This document shows positions 62,370 through 64,000 of a stretch of 64,000 nucleotides of DNA, one piece after another. This stretch comes from Amoebophrya sp. A120 (Eukaryota; Protista; Dinoflagellata): contig CAJINV010000018.1 of the NCBI GenBank assembly GCA_905178155.1, positions 407,028 through 471,027 of the forward strand. The letters run 5' to 3'. Position 1 is the first letter of the stretch; the number at the start of each line of letters is the position of its first letter. The position numbers were made by a program, and so were the translations under genes. Under the pieces are notes generated by a model. It made no database searches. It had not been told where the DNA came from and saw only the letters and a program-made list of their open reading frames with translations.

Positions 62370-62657
62370 GATTTTGATATGTAAAAATGTACGTAGAGTC
62401 GTGTTTAGATAAAAGATACAAGAAAGAGAGCTATGCTTTCGTCAGTTCGGTTCGTATGAAGATCGATTTTGAAGATGCAGACTGTGAGAAAAATTCAAAA
62501 ATTGAGACATTTAACATCAAAAGTTGAAGCGACTTAGATTTTCGGAACCAAAGCCGCGCACTGAGTATGAGTAAAAAATTTTTGCGGAAGAATGAACCGG
62601 GACGAACAACATCGAATTTGCTCTATAGTACCATGACGATCTTCCCGAACTCGTTGT

Positions 62658-63370
62658 TTACTGGTGGAACGGACCCCCAATTTTATGGAGATCGAAACTT
62701 GCAACCAAGTTGCCAAAGACTTGCGCGACCCATATTCGAGAGGGTCGCGACGGCTTCAAAGTGAGCTGTTCTGTGAGCGCACCTGTGACGCGCCCAACTT
62801 TGAAACCAGCAACAGGAGGACAAGCTATGGCACGGCGCGACGCTTTCTGTGCCTCTTCGTACTGTTTTTCGCGAAATATGCCAGGAACCCCAGCCGCTTT
62901 GCTTTGAAATCAAAACACGATCTGAATCCGGACAATTGGCCGCTCCAGCCAAAACTGCCTATTGTCGAGATTTAGACCGGGCGCGGACTGTTTTGGGTGC
63001 CGCCTTCGCTGCTTTTTCGTTATACCTAGAAAAAGCAGAACGCGCCCGCCACTAATCAATCCGCCCGATCACTGGCGAGAAGCTGGCCCCGCGCCGCCAA
63101 TGCCGAAAAGAACGCCGGGCCCGCCTGATGCCCCAAAAAGGCCGGCAGGCCACACGGAGGGGGCGCGCCCGCCCGGGCGGGCGACGGTGGGCGCTAGGGG
63201 TGGCGCGCTGGTCCGTCCTTTTCTTTGTTGAGAATAGCCCAGCGCACCCGCGTGCGCCGGGCTTGTCGGTGCACTTTGATACGGCCTGCTGGTTGGGTGC
63301 CGGCTTCCGAAACGCGTCGCTTTCCGGGTGGTCCAAGGCCGTGTAAAAGTGTCCGCCGGGTTTTAAACAG
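62658..63370. mobile_element. GC-rich insertion abutting an introner, inside a ~33-bp duplication
   Basis: 62625-62657 repeated at 63637-63669. Confidence 0.55.
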
Positions 63371-63639
63371 TATCAAATGTAAATATGTCTGGGTCTGGAA
63401 GAATGCGCGATTCGTCATGCAGCTTTTCCATGACCCATGAGGTCTGGAATGCAGGGCGTAGCATGCCAGATTCTGTGTGATCTCTCTCATGCCTATCCTG
63501 CATGAGAAACTCCCTCCCGACTTGGTCAAAACTGGACGACGTTATTTGGTAATCATGCAACACAGATTTTTGCATGCTTCAGATTTAGCATGACAGGTTG
63601 CATTCTTTCTTCCAGACCCAGACACTTTTACATTTGATA
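63371..63639. mobile_element. Introner, family A (no 5-bp DR)
   Basis: Both TIRs intact; interior like 6960. Confidence 0.88.
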
Positions 63640-63689
63640 GTACCATGACGATCTTCCCGAATTCGTTGTGATGTTGAATTTGAGCGAAA

Positions 63690-64000
63690 CCTGTCATGCT
63701 AGGTCCTGCATTCCAGACCTCATGGGTCTTCATGGAAAGGCTGCATGACAAACAAGGTCCGAGCACGGGGGCTGGGGCCCCCGTGCAGAGACCTTGCATC
63801 TTTGGAGGGCATTGGGCGGTCGGAGCAGTTTCCGAGGCCGGGCGGGCTTGCTCCTCGCGACATTCGAACGCAACCACAACGGGGACGCGCGTCGCGAAGT
63901 AGAGGAATGGCCAGTGCCGCGCCATCCCCAGCGGGCTACCACATAGGGCGCCCCGATGGGCGCCCGAGGGGTGGCGCGTTCGCTTCCACTTGCAGGACTC
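63690..64000. mobile_element. Family A internal fragment followed by GC-rich repeat sequence
   Basis: CTGTCATGCTAGGTCCTGCATTCCAGACCTCATGGGTC matches the family A interior; no TIR. Confidence 0.55.

Noticed and set aside
132-63639. Many short ORFs with recurring peptides ([33 protein letters not shown])
   Set aside because: They are translations of the family A TIR in different frames, not proteins.
132-63639. Frequent TGCATG resembling the RBFOX splicing motif
   Set aside because: RBFOX is a metazoan system, and the box variants (GCATCA, GCATTA) do not preserve UGCAUG.

Overview
Eukaryotic genomic DNA with two N-gaps (8775-9515, 28720-29410). Every gene I could reconstruct lies on the minus strand. 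About 70 short (~150-350 bp) non-coding elements interrupt these genes. Each starts TAT.. and ends ..ATA, carries terminal inverted repeats (TIRs) from at least 10 unrelated families, and is flanked by a 5-bp direct repeat (DR). Deleting element plus one DR copy by hand restored an open frame at the >50 junctions I checked. It also rebuilt the catalytic motifs of a pepsin-family aspartic protease (27801-34784) and a type I metacaspase (43318-48888). The elements therefore behave as non-canonical, transposon-derived introns (introners) alongside ordinary GT-AG introns. This matches published descriptions of the parasitic dinoflagellate Amoebophrya (taxon inferred, not proven). Beyond that known picture I see: (i) an internal TGTNATGC/GCATNACA motif array shared across families, (ii) orientation-independent removal, (iii) an empty-site paralogue of one insertion inside the window, and (iv) GC-rich cargo and a TIR transposon nested inside or next to introners, often with 16-56 bp duplications. 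Family letters A-L are my own labels; coordinates were hand-counted.
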